Assembly: GCF_964204865.1 (NCBI RefSeq)
Contig: NC_135250.1
Span: forward strand, 4,774,001-4,838,000
DNA from: Styela clava
Lineage: Eukaryota
DNA length: 64,000 nucleotides
Direction: 5' to 3'
This document shows positions 12,123 through 26,200 of the stretch, piece by piece. The notes beneath the pieces were generated by a model that did no database searches, was not told the origin of the DNA, and was given only the letters and a program-made list of their open reading frames with translations. Each line of letters starts with the position of its first letter. The stretch's first letter is position 1. The translations under genes and the position numbers were made by a program.

Positions 12123-14280
12123 ATGAAGTTATTCTTGACTGCGTGCTTGTGCTACTTGTTCGTCGAGACAGGTTCGAAATCAGATATTTTTAATATTGTT
12201 TTTTTTTTTAATTTATTTTTTACATTCATTCCAAAAAATAACGAAAGTGTCGGAAAAAAAAATTAAACACACGTTTTTACTGGGGAAGGGATGCCGCGGG
12301 GCATCGGGACTGGTTATCGAGCAGCGACACCCAAGGTTTAACATCTAATTAAAGTTCTAATGATGGAAATTAAGTTTCTAAAATACTGTTATTATATGTG
12401 AGTAGGCTTTTGGCAGCTGACCCACTAGACAGCAAACCAAGTGTTTTGAATTTTTTATTTTATTTCATTTTATCCCTTGTAATCCAGGTTACGCCGTTAT
12501 GTGCTACGATTGTCAGGACTGTGGCGATGCCACAAAGTTGACTGATGATCAACTCCTGAGATGCCCTGGCACAGTTTGTGACAAGACTTCTGAAAATGGT
12601 AAGTGCTTTACATCATACACATTGCTTACGAAAGTCTCAAAACATTATTTTTAATAAACTGAAAGTTTCTCAAACGGATATTTCAGGACATCTTTGTTAA
12701 AGAGGGATTAAAGAAAAATACTATCTCTGACCAAATTTAAATTGTCATAACAATAAATCAGTACGAATGTCTTTTTTAGGTACTTTCGTAGTATGTGAAC
12801 CAAAATGGCGGACGCCGAAACGTAGTATGCGTTCCAGGTTAGAGTTAGACCATAATATTATTCCAATTTTCCTTATTTTAGTATTATTACGAGTTCGGGG
12901 TCTAGCCAAGTGACTTCTGTAGTATTTATACCTGAAATCATAGTCTAACCCTAACTTGCTACACACTCTACATTTCGGTGTCCGCCATCTTGGTTCACAT
13001 ACTACGTAAGTACCCCTTTTTTAGCCAACTTAAACCAACGATGACAACAACAAAACGATAAATATGTCTAATTCAATATGTCCAATAATAAAACTCCAAA
13101 CCTAGTATAATTTATTAATTTTCAATCTAAACGGCATACTGATGATAAAATAATGCTCTTGGAATTTCGACCGTCTACTTCCTGGATAGACATTCAAAGC
13201 TTTGGCTCAGTTTAAGTACTTGATTGTTTAATAAAACCTTCTTTATACAGGTGTTGTTGTGCGAACATGTGCCGGCGTTTCGCCTGTTCTTGGCTGCCAT
13301 AACACCGATACTCATGGTGCAACCAAAGAAACTTGCACTTGCGTTGGGAGTAAGTTATATTATTCTTTTTGGTATATTCGCTGTATGTAAACCAAGATGG
13401 CGGACACCGGAATGTAGTATGTGTACCAGGTTAGGGTTCGGCCATAATTTTATTCCAATTTTAGTTTTATTACGAGTACAGGGACTAGCCGAGTGACTCT
13501 CGTAGTATTTGTACCTGAAATTATGGCCTAACCCTGACCTGGTACACATAGTACTTCCGGTGTCCGCCATCTAGATTTGTATACTACAGGAGTACCCTTT
13601 TAATCTCTTTATCTCTGTCAATCTCCATAAGGTTATTCACGCCTTCACTCCAAAAACGCTCGATTAGACAGACAGTCACTACGTACGAATAACGTCGTTC
13701 GTGGGGACGGAATAGATTCAGATTCTGTATTGAATACTCAATACTTAGACCAGGGGAGGGCAAGGTTTATGGACCAGAGGCCAAAAATTGTGTCCACATT
13801 TACTGGCGGGCCATGTAAGTGTGACGTAAAAAATTACATTTTATGAACAATATTTACAATGTTACAAAGATAAATCTAGAAAACAAGAAGCCTCGTGCCA
13901 AAACTAAATTTAATCGCGATTTCAACAAATTCCTTGAACTATTTTTTAGCTGAAACATCAAAATTTGGTTTTAGTTTGGCTATGGTAGCATCAGGCGAAC
14001 CAGATTGAATTTTGAAACGGGCCCAATTTGGCCCGCGGGCCGAAGTTTGATATGTCAGCCTTGGACGATAGACGTGTTGAACCTGAGATCTATTCCTCGC
14101 GATGCAAGCATAATTTAAACAAACAGAAAATGATGATACTTTGAGACAAAGTATTAATATTTTTCTGAATGTTTTTGTTTTTAAATTTATTCAGATAAAT
14201 GCAACGGAGCTGGAACCGTGAAATCAAGCATCATAGTTGGATCCGTTATCAGCCTCCTCGTTGCTAAATTCATTGTTTAG
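12123..14280 (+). CDS. Ly6/uPAR (LU, three-finger) protein with signal peptide and probable GPI-anchor signal, 114 aa, 4 exons
   Basis: Exons 12123-12171, 12488-12598, 13251-13349, 14195-14280 (345 nt, all GT-AG, all phase-1 introns). Translation MKLFLTACLCYLFVETGYAVMCYDCQDCGDATKLTDDQLLRCPGTVCDKTSENGVVVRTCAGVSPVLGCHNTDTHGATKETCTCVGNKCNGAGTVKSSIIVGSVISLLVAKFIV*. It has 10 Cys in the mature domain, a CxC...CN ending and a hydrophobic tail. Confidence 0.92.
12779..13015. mobile_element. ~230-bp near-palindromic MITE (family B)
   Basis: Long TIRs ggtact..gtagtatgtgaaccaagatggcggacacc / ggtgtccgccatcttggttcacatactac..agtacc, with ctttttta on both flanks. Other copies: 13371-13596, 23707-23929 (TSD cttcggaa/ctttggaa), 25869-26015 (catagatg/cataaatg), ~39533-39766, and a fragment at ~63790-63858. 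Confidence 0.9.
13751..14058. mobile_element. hAT/Charlie-type MITE in intron 3 of the LU gene
   Basis: cagggg start, subterminal ggcccgcgggccg, degenerate TSD acttagac/ccttggac. Related copies at ~11200-11482 and ~43010-43105(-). Confidence 0.75.
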
Positions 14281-15705
14281 ACCAGAAATAACAAAATTAT
14301 ATCTTATGTTGATTGAAAGGATTGTATATATATTATTTGCACTTTATCCTGGAATTTTTACCCTTTCGCCAGAATAAAGATTCAGTCAGATGGACCCATT
14401 CATTTAACCAGAGCCAGAGGTGTGCTACCTTCAATACAAGCGGGTCAGATACAAATGACTATGTGAAACCGCGGACCGCACCCTTATTTGACATAAGCCC
14501 CTAAAACAAAAATCTGGGAAACATGCTGAATGGGGGTGAGATGAAAAAAGTCCATCAAACAGCTGTTATATATTTATAATTCATATTATGGGAATTGTTG
14601 TGATTCGTTAATATCAAAGTCACCCATCTTGTCACGACGTGATCCGCTTATCCAGGGATTTCTAAAATTTTTTGCATGAAGGGCTTATAATTTCATTGAC
14701 GACAAGGGTGTGTCATGATTTGTACAAGGGAAAACCAGGGTGTCCATAGTCTCTTTAATTTTGTTATGAAGTCAGTTTTCGATAAACCTTAACGAGGTTT
14801 GTTATATTTTTCCATTAATTGTTTAGGTATTTTTACTTTATTTAATACATTTGTGAGGACCTAAACAATATATCGATAAATTTCTTTTGCAATTTTGAAA
14901 AATTCCAAGACTTTGTCGGGTATATATCAAGCAAATATTCCAACAGTTTCATAGGGATTGTTGGTGAACTCGACGAATTTGAACTGTGGACCATCATTTT
15001 ATTTATCCAGACGTAACAACTTCATCGCATTATATTTGCTGTCAGTTATAGAAAGCCTACAGTACGCTGTATTCTTCTAAGCCTTTCAAAAAGTATCAGA
15101 CTAAAAACAAATGTGAAGGAAGGCGAGTGAGAAGATTCTCGTCTACTCGAAGCTCACGTAGTGACTGCAAAAGTATCAATCAAAGAATAAGGGCCAGACA
15201 ATTGGGCTTTTGACTACAATAATAAATTTCTTTGCAACATCAGCATCAAACTTTTTTTTTCAGCAAGCCAGCTGCTCACTTTATAGCTATGTATTTATAG
15301 AGACGTTTGACAATGTAATAGACGAAAAAAACTCTGTGGTAGTTAGGTCATCTTGGGTGTCATATAATGTGGTTAATGACTGTGTCCGCCTGTGTCCTAA
15401 GACTCCGACAAGCGGTGAAATCTTCAATGAGCGCGTTTTGTAAAGACCGCATTCGCATCAATGAGCGCGTTTTCGCATAAAACCCAATATAACTCGCCGA
15501 TTGCTAAATGGTAGAACTGGGCACTACGTTGGAGTCGCGGATGACAAAAGCAAATTCAATCTAAGTGCATAAGTTGACCGTCCGTGATCACATAATTCAC
15601 CAAAAATGCGACAAATTCTCAAATTGAAAGTAGTTTAATATTTTGTATATTTTATCGTTACCAAAATGTATATTATAATTCCACCTAAATAAGATAAATT
15701 TATTT

Positions 15706-16085
15706 ATAACGGAAAGATTAACCGTCGAATTGGTGTAGAGCTTTATGTGGTAATGGGTGTAGCTTTATGGGTACTCCCGTAGTGTGCGTATCAGGTTAGG
15801 GTTGGGCCATTATTTTTTTCCCATTTCTCTTATTTTAGTTCTATTACGAGTTCGGGGACTGTCTTTGTTAGCCAAGTGAATATACCCCCTGCCCATAACG
15901 GAAAGATTAACCGTCGAATGGGTGTAGAGCTTTATGTGGTAATGGGTGTAGCTTTATGGGTACTCCCGTAGTGTGCGTATCAGGTTAGGGTTGGGCCATT
16001 ATTTTTTTCCCATTTCTCTTATTTTAGTTCTATTACGAGTTCGGGGACTGTCTTTGTTAGCCAAGTGAATATACCCCCTGCCCAT
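15706..16085. repeat. Near-perfect 189-bp direct tandem duplication that includes part of a family-A MITE
   Basis: ataacggaaagattaaccgtcgaat...ccccctgccc starts at 15706 and again at 15895. One substitution seen (aattgg vs aatggg). Confidence 0.92.
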
Positions 16086-16814
16086 ATGTTTCAGTCCCTT
16101 TACACAACTAGATGTAAAGTAGTCGGAACAATATTAGTTACCTCCATATTGGTACACATACTTCTAGAGCGATAATAAGATTTGAAAGTGAAAAATTTCG
16201 TTAACATGGTCCCACAATTGTTTTATTGTGAACGGCTCGAGTAAGACACGTTGGCTGGCGCTCCAGAAGTGTGTGTACCAATATGGAGGTAACTAATTTT
16301 GTTCGTCTTCTTTACATCAAGTTGTGTAAAGGGACTGAAACCTATGGGCAGGGGCAGGGGCGGACTAAGCCCCTTTGGTGCCCTAAGCACTGGAGACTTT
16401 GGTGCCCCCATATGTGTCTTTCAAAATACATATAATTAAGTGTATTATCTATCAAAAATACTCACAATCAACAGTAAAAAAATACAACTTCTACGAACAT
16501 TTTTAGGTTTTCTTACAATTTTTTGACTGTGAAATTTTGCTCATATTCCCAAAACTAATCTTATTCTTACATAACACATCTTTTACATTAAATAATGAAC
16601 AACACAGAATTTTGAAAAGATGAAATTGAAATAAAACAATACCAACAGTAAGGAAGCAAAAGATGTTTTTCGGTACATTTACTTGAATTTGATTCTGATA
16701 AATTTTCTCATATTATCAAAACAAGTCTCCCTCCATACTAGATACTACACCACTGACATTACAAAGGCACCACTAACATTTGAAAAGACAGAAGTCTTTC
16801 ACTTACTTTTGAAA

Positions 16815-17012
16815 AGTTTTTTCCTAATTTTTTTTAGCTGCAAAGTCTTTGATTAGATCCTCAAAACTAAGCTTATGTAACACATCTGCCTCTATACTCA
16901 ACAGAGATGAAGCATCCAGCCTGTCTTGTTTCATAGTTGTTCTGTAGGGGTTTTTAATATACTTCAGCTGAGAAAATGAACGTTATGCTGAACAATTTGT
17001 GATCATTAATAC
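16815..17012 (-). pseudogene. hAT transposase C-terminal dimerisation domain remnant
   Basis: Minus-strand translation LMITNCSA*RSFSQLKYIKNPYRTTMKQDRLDASSLLSIEADVLHKLSFEDLIKDFAAKK matches the hATC motif (TNCSAERSFSxLKxIKNxLRxTMxQxRL...LSIE) with a stop at the conserved E. Confidence 0.88.
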
Positions 17013-17026
17013 TTAATAGTCTAGTC

Positions 17027-18399
17027 CAGTGGTTCCCAAACTTTTTTGACCATCGCCCCCCCTACACTAGTTTATACAACTTCATCGCCATCGAGTTTTT
17101 ATATTATATCTGAAATTACCCAGTTCACTGATGGAAAGGCGATTTCGTTGTTATGATAGCAATAGAAGCATGGCTCAAAAATCCTTTTCTTCATAATAAT
17201 AGGTCGGAAATGAACGATTCCAGGGTTCTACCTCCTCCAAAACCGCTGTGTACTCTTGCCTTATAGCATTTCACTCCCTAAATTCACCCCATTTCACATT
17301 AAAATAATGAAAACAAAGTTAATTTTCCCAAAGTTATAATAATGATTTTCGTACATCTCATCATTCCTACAGCCTGATGACCTGCACTAATATACTTCGG
17401 TAAAATTCATCCCCGATTCCTCACCCTACCACGGCCTCCAGTCCGATCACCAGTCCATAGAATTATTCAGCTGTTTGATTTTGGATTCATGGACTCGGAT
17501 GTGGAAGAAATTGTGACCGACTGTCGACTACGGCCCAGGGGTCGGCAAATTTTATGTCGCTCGCGAGACAAAATTTAGAATTGCTAGTCTTTTGCGGGTC
17601 GCTTATATTTTTAAAAGTTAAAAACGGAACAGCGCGCGAAAACTGCGACAATTCGTGAACTCAATGACATTGGCCAATCAGCAAGATGAAAAAATAAACG
17701 TAACAAATTCCCCCCTATTCGCATCCGCTCAGACAGACTTTCAGACGTGGTCGTGAACATTTCTCATTTCCTCGTTTTTGGATTATATTCGTTAGTTTTT
17801 AGTTGTTTTTCGGAAATTTAAATATAAATCATATACGTCAATGATTACTTTGTCTTCCTATGAGTTTCATTTTAAATACAGTAATCAAAAATTGGTGTAG
17901 AAATAGCTGTGATAGACTAGGTTAAAAAATTTTAGCGGTACTTTTAAAAAACAGATTGTTGAATGATATGAATTATGATGATAGTTTGAAACAAATACCC
18001 CATTTTACACGGCCATCAACTCGCAAAACCACTCTTAAAATAAGCATTGAAAATTTTAAAATGGTAAAGTATAGGAAGAATTTTCCGCGGTCAAAGGTCG
18101 GGGATAGGTCCATTCGGTGAATCGTCCCGGGCCAGATTTTTTTATTCCGGCCGTATTTTGCCAACCACTGGGATACGCAAACTCCAGTACCTTACTGCGG
18201 AGACGAGTCCAGCAATCCTTTCGCGTGTGATAATCGACAACGAGATTCAAGCCTGCGAATGCACACAGAGTACAGAATTAAGTGCACTGTGCGCCGAGCA
18301 AAAAAAGGTTTCGCGAAATCGCCCCCTTCGACTTTTTCGCCCCTCTCTGTATCGTTATCGCCCACCGAGGGGCGATATCGCCCACTTTGGGAATCACTG
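17027..18399. mobile_element. Nested Charlie-type hAT non-autonomous element
   Basis: TIRs cagtggttcccaaa / tttgggaatcactg. Flanks gtctagtc / g-ctagtc (TSD with a 1-nt deletion). Contains a further cagggg..ccactg-bounded segment at 17536-18170 with no matching TSD. Confidence 0.78.
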
Positions 18400-18552
18400 G
18401 CTAGTCTACCTTACCAGAAAACTCCCCAACTTCGCTGACCTCTAGATCGCTGAAATGCGATCGCGGAACCGCCACATAGTGCGCCATTTTTAATTTTGAT
18501 GATGTCGCCACACCAAACTTTCGACAAGTAAGTTTCAGTGTTCATCACTAAT

Positions 18553-19035
18553 TAGGGTTACCATATTTTTGTGACTTCAAATCGGGACGCCTCAAAAGAC
18601 AACATTTTGTAACTTCACATTTTCCGATTTTATTACATAGGCCTACATTCCTACATTTAAAGCTGTCCCGGCTGTTTTTATTGACCATATTGTTATTGGT
18701 ATTTTATGCGCATATTCTCTGTCCAAATATCGGGCTCAGTTCGAAAAATAGGAAGGAATTGACGTTAACGATACCGGTACAAATAATTCGAATTTAGACT
18801 AATTAGTATTGGTTTTACATGCGATACGTCTGCCATCAATGGGAAACAGCGGGAAACGAACGCATTCACCTTCAGTAAGCAGGCTAGCGCTGCGCTTCAC
18901 AGAAACAACAGTAACGAGAACATGTTTGTGTATCATGCTGGAAAAGCGGGACTTTTGGCTGACTTATCGGGACGGCGGGACAAAACGCTGAAAAGCGGGA
19001 CTGTCCCGCCTAAAGCGGGACGTATGGTAAGCCTA
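18553..19035. mobile_element. Nested hAT (Blackjack-like TAGGGTTACC terminus) MITE
   Basis: TIRs tagggttaccata / tatggtaagccta. Exact TSD tcactaat (18545-18552, 19036-19043). Subterminal cgggac repeats. Confidence 0.9.
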
Positions 19036-20279
19036 TCACTAATGTGTCTTTCCCCGAGCATCAACCTCCTTGTTGACTTCAAGTAATTGGCCAATCAGCA
19101 AGATGCAAAAAGTGACGTAACAATGCACCCTTTTCGCATCCGCTCAGACACTTTTCTCACTCAGACAGATTTTCAGGCATGGTTGTAAACATTACCTCGT
19201 TTTCGCGTTTTTTAACTCTATTCATTAGTTTTCAGTTGTGTTTCGGAAATTTGAGTATAAATCAGGTAATTAAATGATCACCATGTCTTTTTATAAGTTT
19301 TAATTCAATTGCAGTAATGAAAAATTGGTGTAAAAATAGCTGTGGTAGACTAGGCTAAAATTCCTTACCGGTACTTATAAAAAGGTGATTATTGTACGCG
19401 ATGAAACATAATGATAGTTTCAACAAAAACCCCATTTTACAGGGGCCAACTCGCGAAACCACTGCTAAAATAAGCCCCGGAAATTTTGCAATGGTAAAGT
19501 ATAAGAAGAATTTTTCGGGAGTCAAAGGTCGGGGAAAGGTCCATTGATGTACACGATTTTTTAAAAATAAAGGTCGCAAACCTCCAAACATTAATCGAGA
19601 AGCTTAATATGATGCTTGAGGAAAAGAAAATACGAACAAGTCTGAGTTGTCTGACCAACTCGTAATATTTTATTAAACACCGATGAACTATTGAAAATTC
19701 TGTTATAAAAATTTCTGTGGTGCCCCCCTTTGCATGGTGCCCTAAGCACGTGCTTATATTGTTTACTGGTTAATCCGCCCCTGGGCAGGGGGTATATTCA
19801 CTTGGCTAACACAGACAGTCCCCGGTTGGTCATCGTTATATCAGTGAGGATTCGTAGCAGAATTTCTAGTCATATTGTTGGTATCGACTGGCCTTTGAAA
19901 CCACTGGTTATATAGTTCATGCCATCATTCATACTCATGAGGTTCGTAGAGCGGCAGCATTTTGTCAGGCTCTTAATATTATTGCACGCGAAATGGACCC
20001 ATGTACCATTTTGTTAAATTCTTGTTATTATTTGTAATCTTTTCGATACACTTTCCCTTCTCCTTGTTGTGAAAAAAAAATCATTCTTTTAGGTAATTTC
20101 TGGACCAGTTGCTTTAACATTTCCAGTGGTTAGAGCCTGTTGTTGTCGCTAGAAGGATTTCTTTTATTTTATATGGAATATATTTACGGCTCCAAAACAT
20201 TATATATAAATATAAAAGGAATCATGTTCATTCATAACTATGCCGAGTGATTCGCTTCCGTTATCCAGTTGCACAATGA

Positions 20280-23200
20280 TCATTCCTTTTTATGGGGACT
20301 AGATTTGGATACGTATTTGAAAAAACCCTTCACAACTAAATGAAACCAGTAAACGTTCAATGTATCGATGAAAACTCCAACTCCATAGAAAGCCACAACA
20401 AGGCCGCTGTGTAACCTGAAATAAAGGAAGAAATGAAGGTGATTTATGTGATGATTTGCGTCTTAAAATCTGGCAACGCATTATACAGTCACGACATTCG
20501 ACCCTGCTGACGTATAATGTTCGTCCTTGAATAGCATGGTGATTTGATTTGAAAGTCATTCTTTGGTCCGTGTTGCTTTAAGACTCTCAGTTGACGTTTA
20601 AGCCAATAAAAGCCTATAGTGTACGAGCTTGTTTATGTTTGTGTTTGGTTCATCTCATGTATGAGGTGAATCTTTAAGATGAAATTCAACCAAAATCAAC
20701 GAAAAGCGTGAATTTGTTTTTTAAAGTATAAGAAAATGAAATGGATAATTTCTTATTCACATTTTCCTATATTCAGGGTTCAGATCGAATTACTTGGCCG
20801 TAATTTGACTTTTGCAGAAGTAATAAAATTCCCATTCGTGATTGTCGATATTTTACAATCAACCGTTACTTTAATAAGTTTACACCAGACGAGCGTTTCT
20901 CAAACTGTATTCCGCGGAACACTGCCGTGAGCTTCCTCGAAATGTTCCGAGCGACATGAATCGAGACTGCGTTAAATCGGTCGCCATGGCAATCTCGGCC
21001 GCAATTCGGCGACTCTGTATGAAGAAACGTAAATAACCAAAAAAGGCGGGCAAGATCAAATATTTTTATTTTTAATTAGCTTCACGCCCCCTCAAAAAAT
21101 TGTTTACCCCCTTTTGTTGGGCGTGCCCCACTCTTTAAAAACCACTGGCCCATGTACTTGTTTACCTAATATCCCAAGAAAAACGTTTGTCTCGTCATAA
21201 AGCTCCATTAAATAACTCACCTTTCATATCCTTCTCCATAACTAGCGGATACTATTGCGTAATAATATATTGGCATGACTGCAATTCTTCCGAGGAAAAA
21301 AGTTATCATAAATAAAGTTCCGTTTATCACATATAATCTTGTTTCTTTCATATCAAGTTTTGCTAGAACGTACCTGAAATACAAAATATCAATGATAATT
21401 GACTTTCTATAGAATGATTACCATTCATCGCCGTGATGAAGTTGTAAGTCATACGCTTGGCAGATTCACCTCGCCTTTGTTTAGTAGAGGGTTGGTCTGC
21501 GACCCAGCCCGTCTCAATTAGTTATAGCTACATGGCTCACTTAGGGATAATTTCATAGGAGTTACAATTTCGCCCGGTACTTATTTCGTACAATTAATTT
21601 TCCATCTTATTTCGTGAGAATTTGCCATGTCTCTACCTGTTATATCCTACAAATCGTCATTTCAATTCCAGAAAAATAGCATAAATGGAGTATTGTTTGT
21701 TCATAATTACAATTTTTCTAAATTTGACTGAGATCCTCCTAACCTTAACAGACAGAGTATTGATATCTAATTTGAAAGGCGTTCAGGAGTTTGTAATAAA
21801 TTCTAATGAAATCATTAGGAATCGAAACGACAGCGATTGTAACTAGAGCTCGACCGATATCACTTTTTGTCACCGATACCGATAACGATATATCGGCCAA
21901 CTAGTGACCGATAACCGATATTGACATACCGATATCTACAACTCGAACCCGCAGTAATTACAAATAGAAAGAAACATTCAGTTTCATTCAATCAAAAGTT
22001 TATGTTGAAAAATAAAGCAGTCCTACACAGTGCTTGCATCATTAATAAAAGTTTCGCAGCAAATAATAAGAACATACATTAATGCACAAGAGAAAAAAGG
22101 CAGTGAGTAAAAAGCTTATATAGGTCCATTTTGATCCATACAGTAGTAGGTGGGAGTAACCTTGCACATAATTTACGGATTTACGGAATTGTTTGGAGTT
22201 ACGGAAGGGAAGTTACAAATTACGTAAAGTCGTAATTATTGGTCGAGCGCTTTCACGTTTGAAACGTGCTCCTTCCAAGCAGTCAATTCCGTCGATTGTT
22301 AAAAATCAAAGTTTAACAAGTAGAAGAAGTTAGAGTTCCGGTATTCGCAGCCGTTTTGAGCCGGCATGACGCGTTGCCACCCCGTTTGAGCGTTTGGTTT
22401 CACGGTCAAAACGATATTATTATAAGCGTTATCACCGTAACGCAATTAGCACCGACAGACTTTTTTGTCTTCACGATTTGGTATCTTTTTTATTTGGCGC
22501 TGATAATGATAAATAAGAATGTGTGATAGTTGATTGTAATTCCGGAAGGCGTATTTTTCTTTCTCTCCGTGAAACAGACATGAAACGAATTTTACCGCCG
22601 CTATAAGCGCTCAAAAGGAGAGGAGGCTAGGCTACTTTCTTTTCCCGACTCAATCACTTTTATTAATACAAATCACAGCGCATTAAAAAACAAAATAGCA
22701 TTTATTAGCATTAATTTACAACAAGTTACGGGTAAGAATTTATCGCTGGCTAAATAATTATTATTTGATTTAAATTTATCGCAAATAATGTTATAACATT
22801 TAGGCCGCGAAATGATTTGATATAAAATGGAGCTTGGTAATCGGAATATCGTCAATAATTCAGCATCAATAATTATTATAAAATGCTAACTAGGTAGCAA
22901 AGTCGGATAATGTAAAAAAACGGAGCAATAACAAGTCTTCGTCGCGAGGCAAGCGCAGGTATAATCAAACGAGAAAATACGCTTGTCGTTGATTAATAAC
23001 TTAGAAACCCGAAATTTTTATTCAATACGAAAGTCGGTTTTAAAAAAGGCAACTATCGTTTCATAAATATCCGTATACCATTATCTGTAATGATAAAATT
23101 GATCGCATAAAATTGGGACGGTTAATTTGCGAACGTGGTAAAGGAAAATCAAAGCAAACACAATTAAACAAGATAAAAATCAGAATAAATTTAATTTGAA

Positions 23201-26200
23201 TTCACTCCTTGGTATTTGTCTTTAACATCTGTCGCCGGCGTGTAGTACTGTCGGTAATATGAAAACCAAACTTCGATTCGGAAAAGAAGTGGATTCGAAT
23301 GGTTTTTATGATAGGTTTAAACGTGTGAAAAAATATCGCAATTACGGGGTCACTACGTAATCAATTTTTCCGTAATTACGGAATTGATTTTTGTCGATTA
23401 CGTGCAAGCCTAGTGGGGATGCAAGATATTCGAAGGCGAGGATTTTGCGTTGCACGAAGAGAGAAATATAGAAGAGAACTCTCTGTTCATTGAAAGGCAA
23501 AATGAGAGAAGCGTAAAAAAGGAAAACGCTCGGCCGCAGATATTTCCCGGGGAAAAATACTCATTTTTTAGAACGTGGAAAAGCGACCAACGCTGATATA
23601 TATCGGCCAGATATATCGGCCGGTTGGGCCGATATGATATATCGGCCAACACGCAATATCGGTCGAGCTCTAATTGTAACCTGTATATAATGGTGTTGCT
23701 TCGGAAGGTACTCCTGTAGTATGCTAACCAAGTTGGCGGACACAGGAACGCAGTATGTGTACTAGGTTAGGGTTAGGCCATAATATTATTCCAATTTTAG
23801 TTCTATTACGAGTTCGGGGACTAGCCAATTGACTCCCGTAGTATTTGTACCTGAAATTATGGCATATAGTCTGGTACACATACTACGTTCCGGTGTCCGC
23901 CATCTTGGTTAACATACCACGGGAGTACCCTTTGGAAAGCAAACAACTGATTGCAAAATAATATAAAAAAATTTAGTCATTACCTTCCATTGAAAAAAGG
24001 TGCAGAAAATTCATTCAACGTTCGTATACACATATGGAATGCAAATACCTTCCAAGTCTATAAATGAAATGAATTTGTAATTGTTTATAATCACAATCTC
24101 TTAACTAATATCTATGCTGGAAATGTACGTCAGGGAGAAACACTCCATACAACGCGTTACAGTGGATATTGACTGGATGACTTAACGTAAAATTACTTTG
24201 ACATAATCGCCAATCATTAGCAGCTAGTAATGACTGGAGCTAAATAACCAAAATAAACTAATGTACGCCAAGTGCTCTTACCGTAATTACAAAAAGAGCC
24301 AATAAGCAACACGCATGATGAGCTAAAAATGTATTCCTTCCCGGATATCCAGGCGTTAAGATGGCCGCAATGGCGTCTAATTAAAATAAACAAAAACAGG
24401 TGAGTATATTGACAAACTAACTCCATCATGTAACAACTAATATAAAATTAATGAAAACAGCTGAAAAGTGAAATTGAACATAACCAAATGATGTGTTGGG
24501 TGTCCATAAAGTATAAAAAAAATTGCAAAGGGAATTTATCGATACCATAATATTGTTTTGGGCCTCACAGATGTATTAAATGAAGTTAACATACTTAAAC
24601 AATTACTGATTAAAAAATAACAAACTTGGTTAAGATATATTGAGAACTGACTTCATAACGAAATTGAAATTTTAAAGTGACTTTATGGACACCCTGTGAT
24701 ATCCATAATCACCATTTAAATAACCTCCTTCTAAATCTAACATATCCACTATCATATATACACAGACAGCGGGTCCGGTATCTCTTCGAAATATAAGACG
24801 AACCTTCTTAGATAAATATTCGAAAAGCATGTGTCGTACATGCGTGGCTTTTCCATAATAAATCAAACTAGAAATATTTCGACTCACCAGCGATAAAATA
24901 TCCACTCTGTATCGACGCTAGTACTTGAACATGATGGTTGTTAGACCTGAAAATAATACGTTTGTTTTATTCTCATAAAAGGTTGGAGCGAAGCGTGGAA
25001 TTCAAAAACCAAACCTACAAGTGCACTTGACAAATGTCGCGGTTGATCTGATTGGTTATATCATGGCATAAGGACCGGCCACAATCCACTGCAATCTAAC
25101 CGACCAGCAATTACGTGAACCACTCTGCGGCGACGAGGAGTCCAGCTATGTGCTAGCTAGAGAGGCCGTGGTTCGCCATATCATTAAGTCGTCTTATCGG
25201 CTTTCCTCTTCCCTGGGATAAATATGTAAACCCTAACCTATGTGGGCGGCAGTGGGTGGGCTCCGCACTCCCGTAGGCCCCTCGCTTATATTATGAGTAA
25301 GTTTAACAAATTAAATCAAATCAAATTTAACCATTATGAATTATAATAATATATGTTAGCGTATTTATTCCGCATAAGTACGGCTAATACAGTAAAGTAC
25401 CGTAACTTTAAATGGGATCTTGTACTTGCTTAAAAGATAATAAATGGCGAAAGTATAATTTTTAGGTATTATAATCTTATCTCTTCCAACAATGGGCCCA
25501 GCGCAACCCGCTTCGCATAGGCCCCACTGTTCTCTGCAATATCCCGAAGGTTGCAATAGGAATATCCCAATGGCCTTCTGCGTCAAGAACTATCGATGTG
25601 CTGCTATATTATAGACAGCGGTTTTGTTCTTAATCTTAGCTACACAAGAGGTGTGTTGCTCACATAAGAAAATCTCACCAGAAAATATCTTCATGTAAAT
25701 TGTCCATAAGTAAAATATACAACGCAACAGCAGTGGCAAACACTCCATTTATACCCGACACAAATCTGAAAATAAGGTTATTTTATATATCTATAGTTTT
25801 GCACGGACCGATAATTTTCGGACCGTTCATTTAAGATCAATGCCTATATCATGATGGGCTCATAGATGGGTACTCCTGAAGTATGTGAACCAAGATGGCG
25901 GTCACCGGATGATAGATAGAACTAAAATTGGAATAAAATTATGTCCTAACCCTAACCTGGTACACATACTAAGTTCCGGTATCCGCCATCTTGGTTCACA
26001 TACTTCCGGAGTACCCATAAATGTCCGATTTAATGGCATCGAATAAATATCGCTATTAATCTGCCGCCATATTGACATGGCAATTGCAAGGTTAAACAAC
26101 ATATGGCCCGAGATTTCATTCGGAAATAATACAATCTCATAATTTAAATAAGGAAAATTTCCCACAAATCACCTCACGCCAGTCTTGGGCCAAAACAATG

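Larger units (their letters stand above)
16355..19783. mobile_element. 3.4-kb hAT element inserted into a family-A MITE, with nested elements inside
   Basis: TIRs caggggcggactaa / ttaatccgcccctg. Exact 8-bp TSD ggcagggg (16347-16354, 19784-19791). The host MITE sequence resumes exactly after it. Confidence 0.93.
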
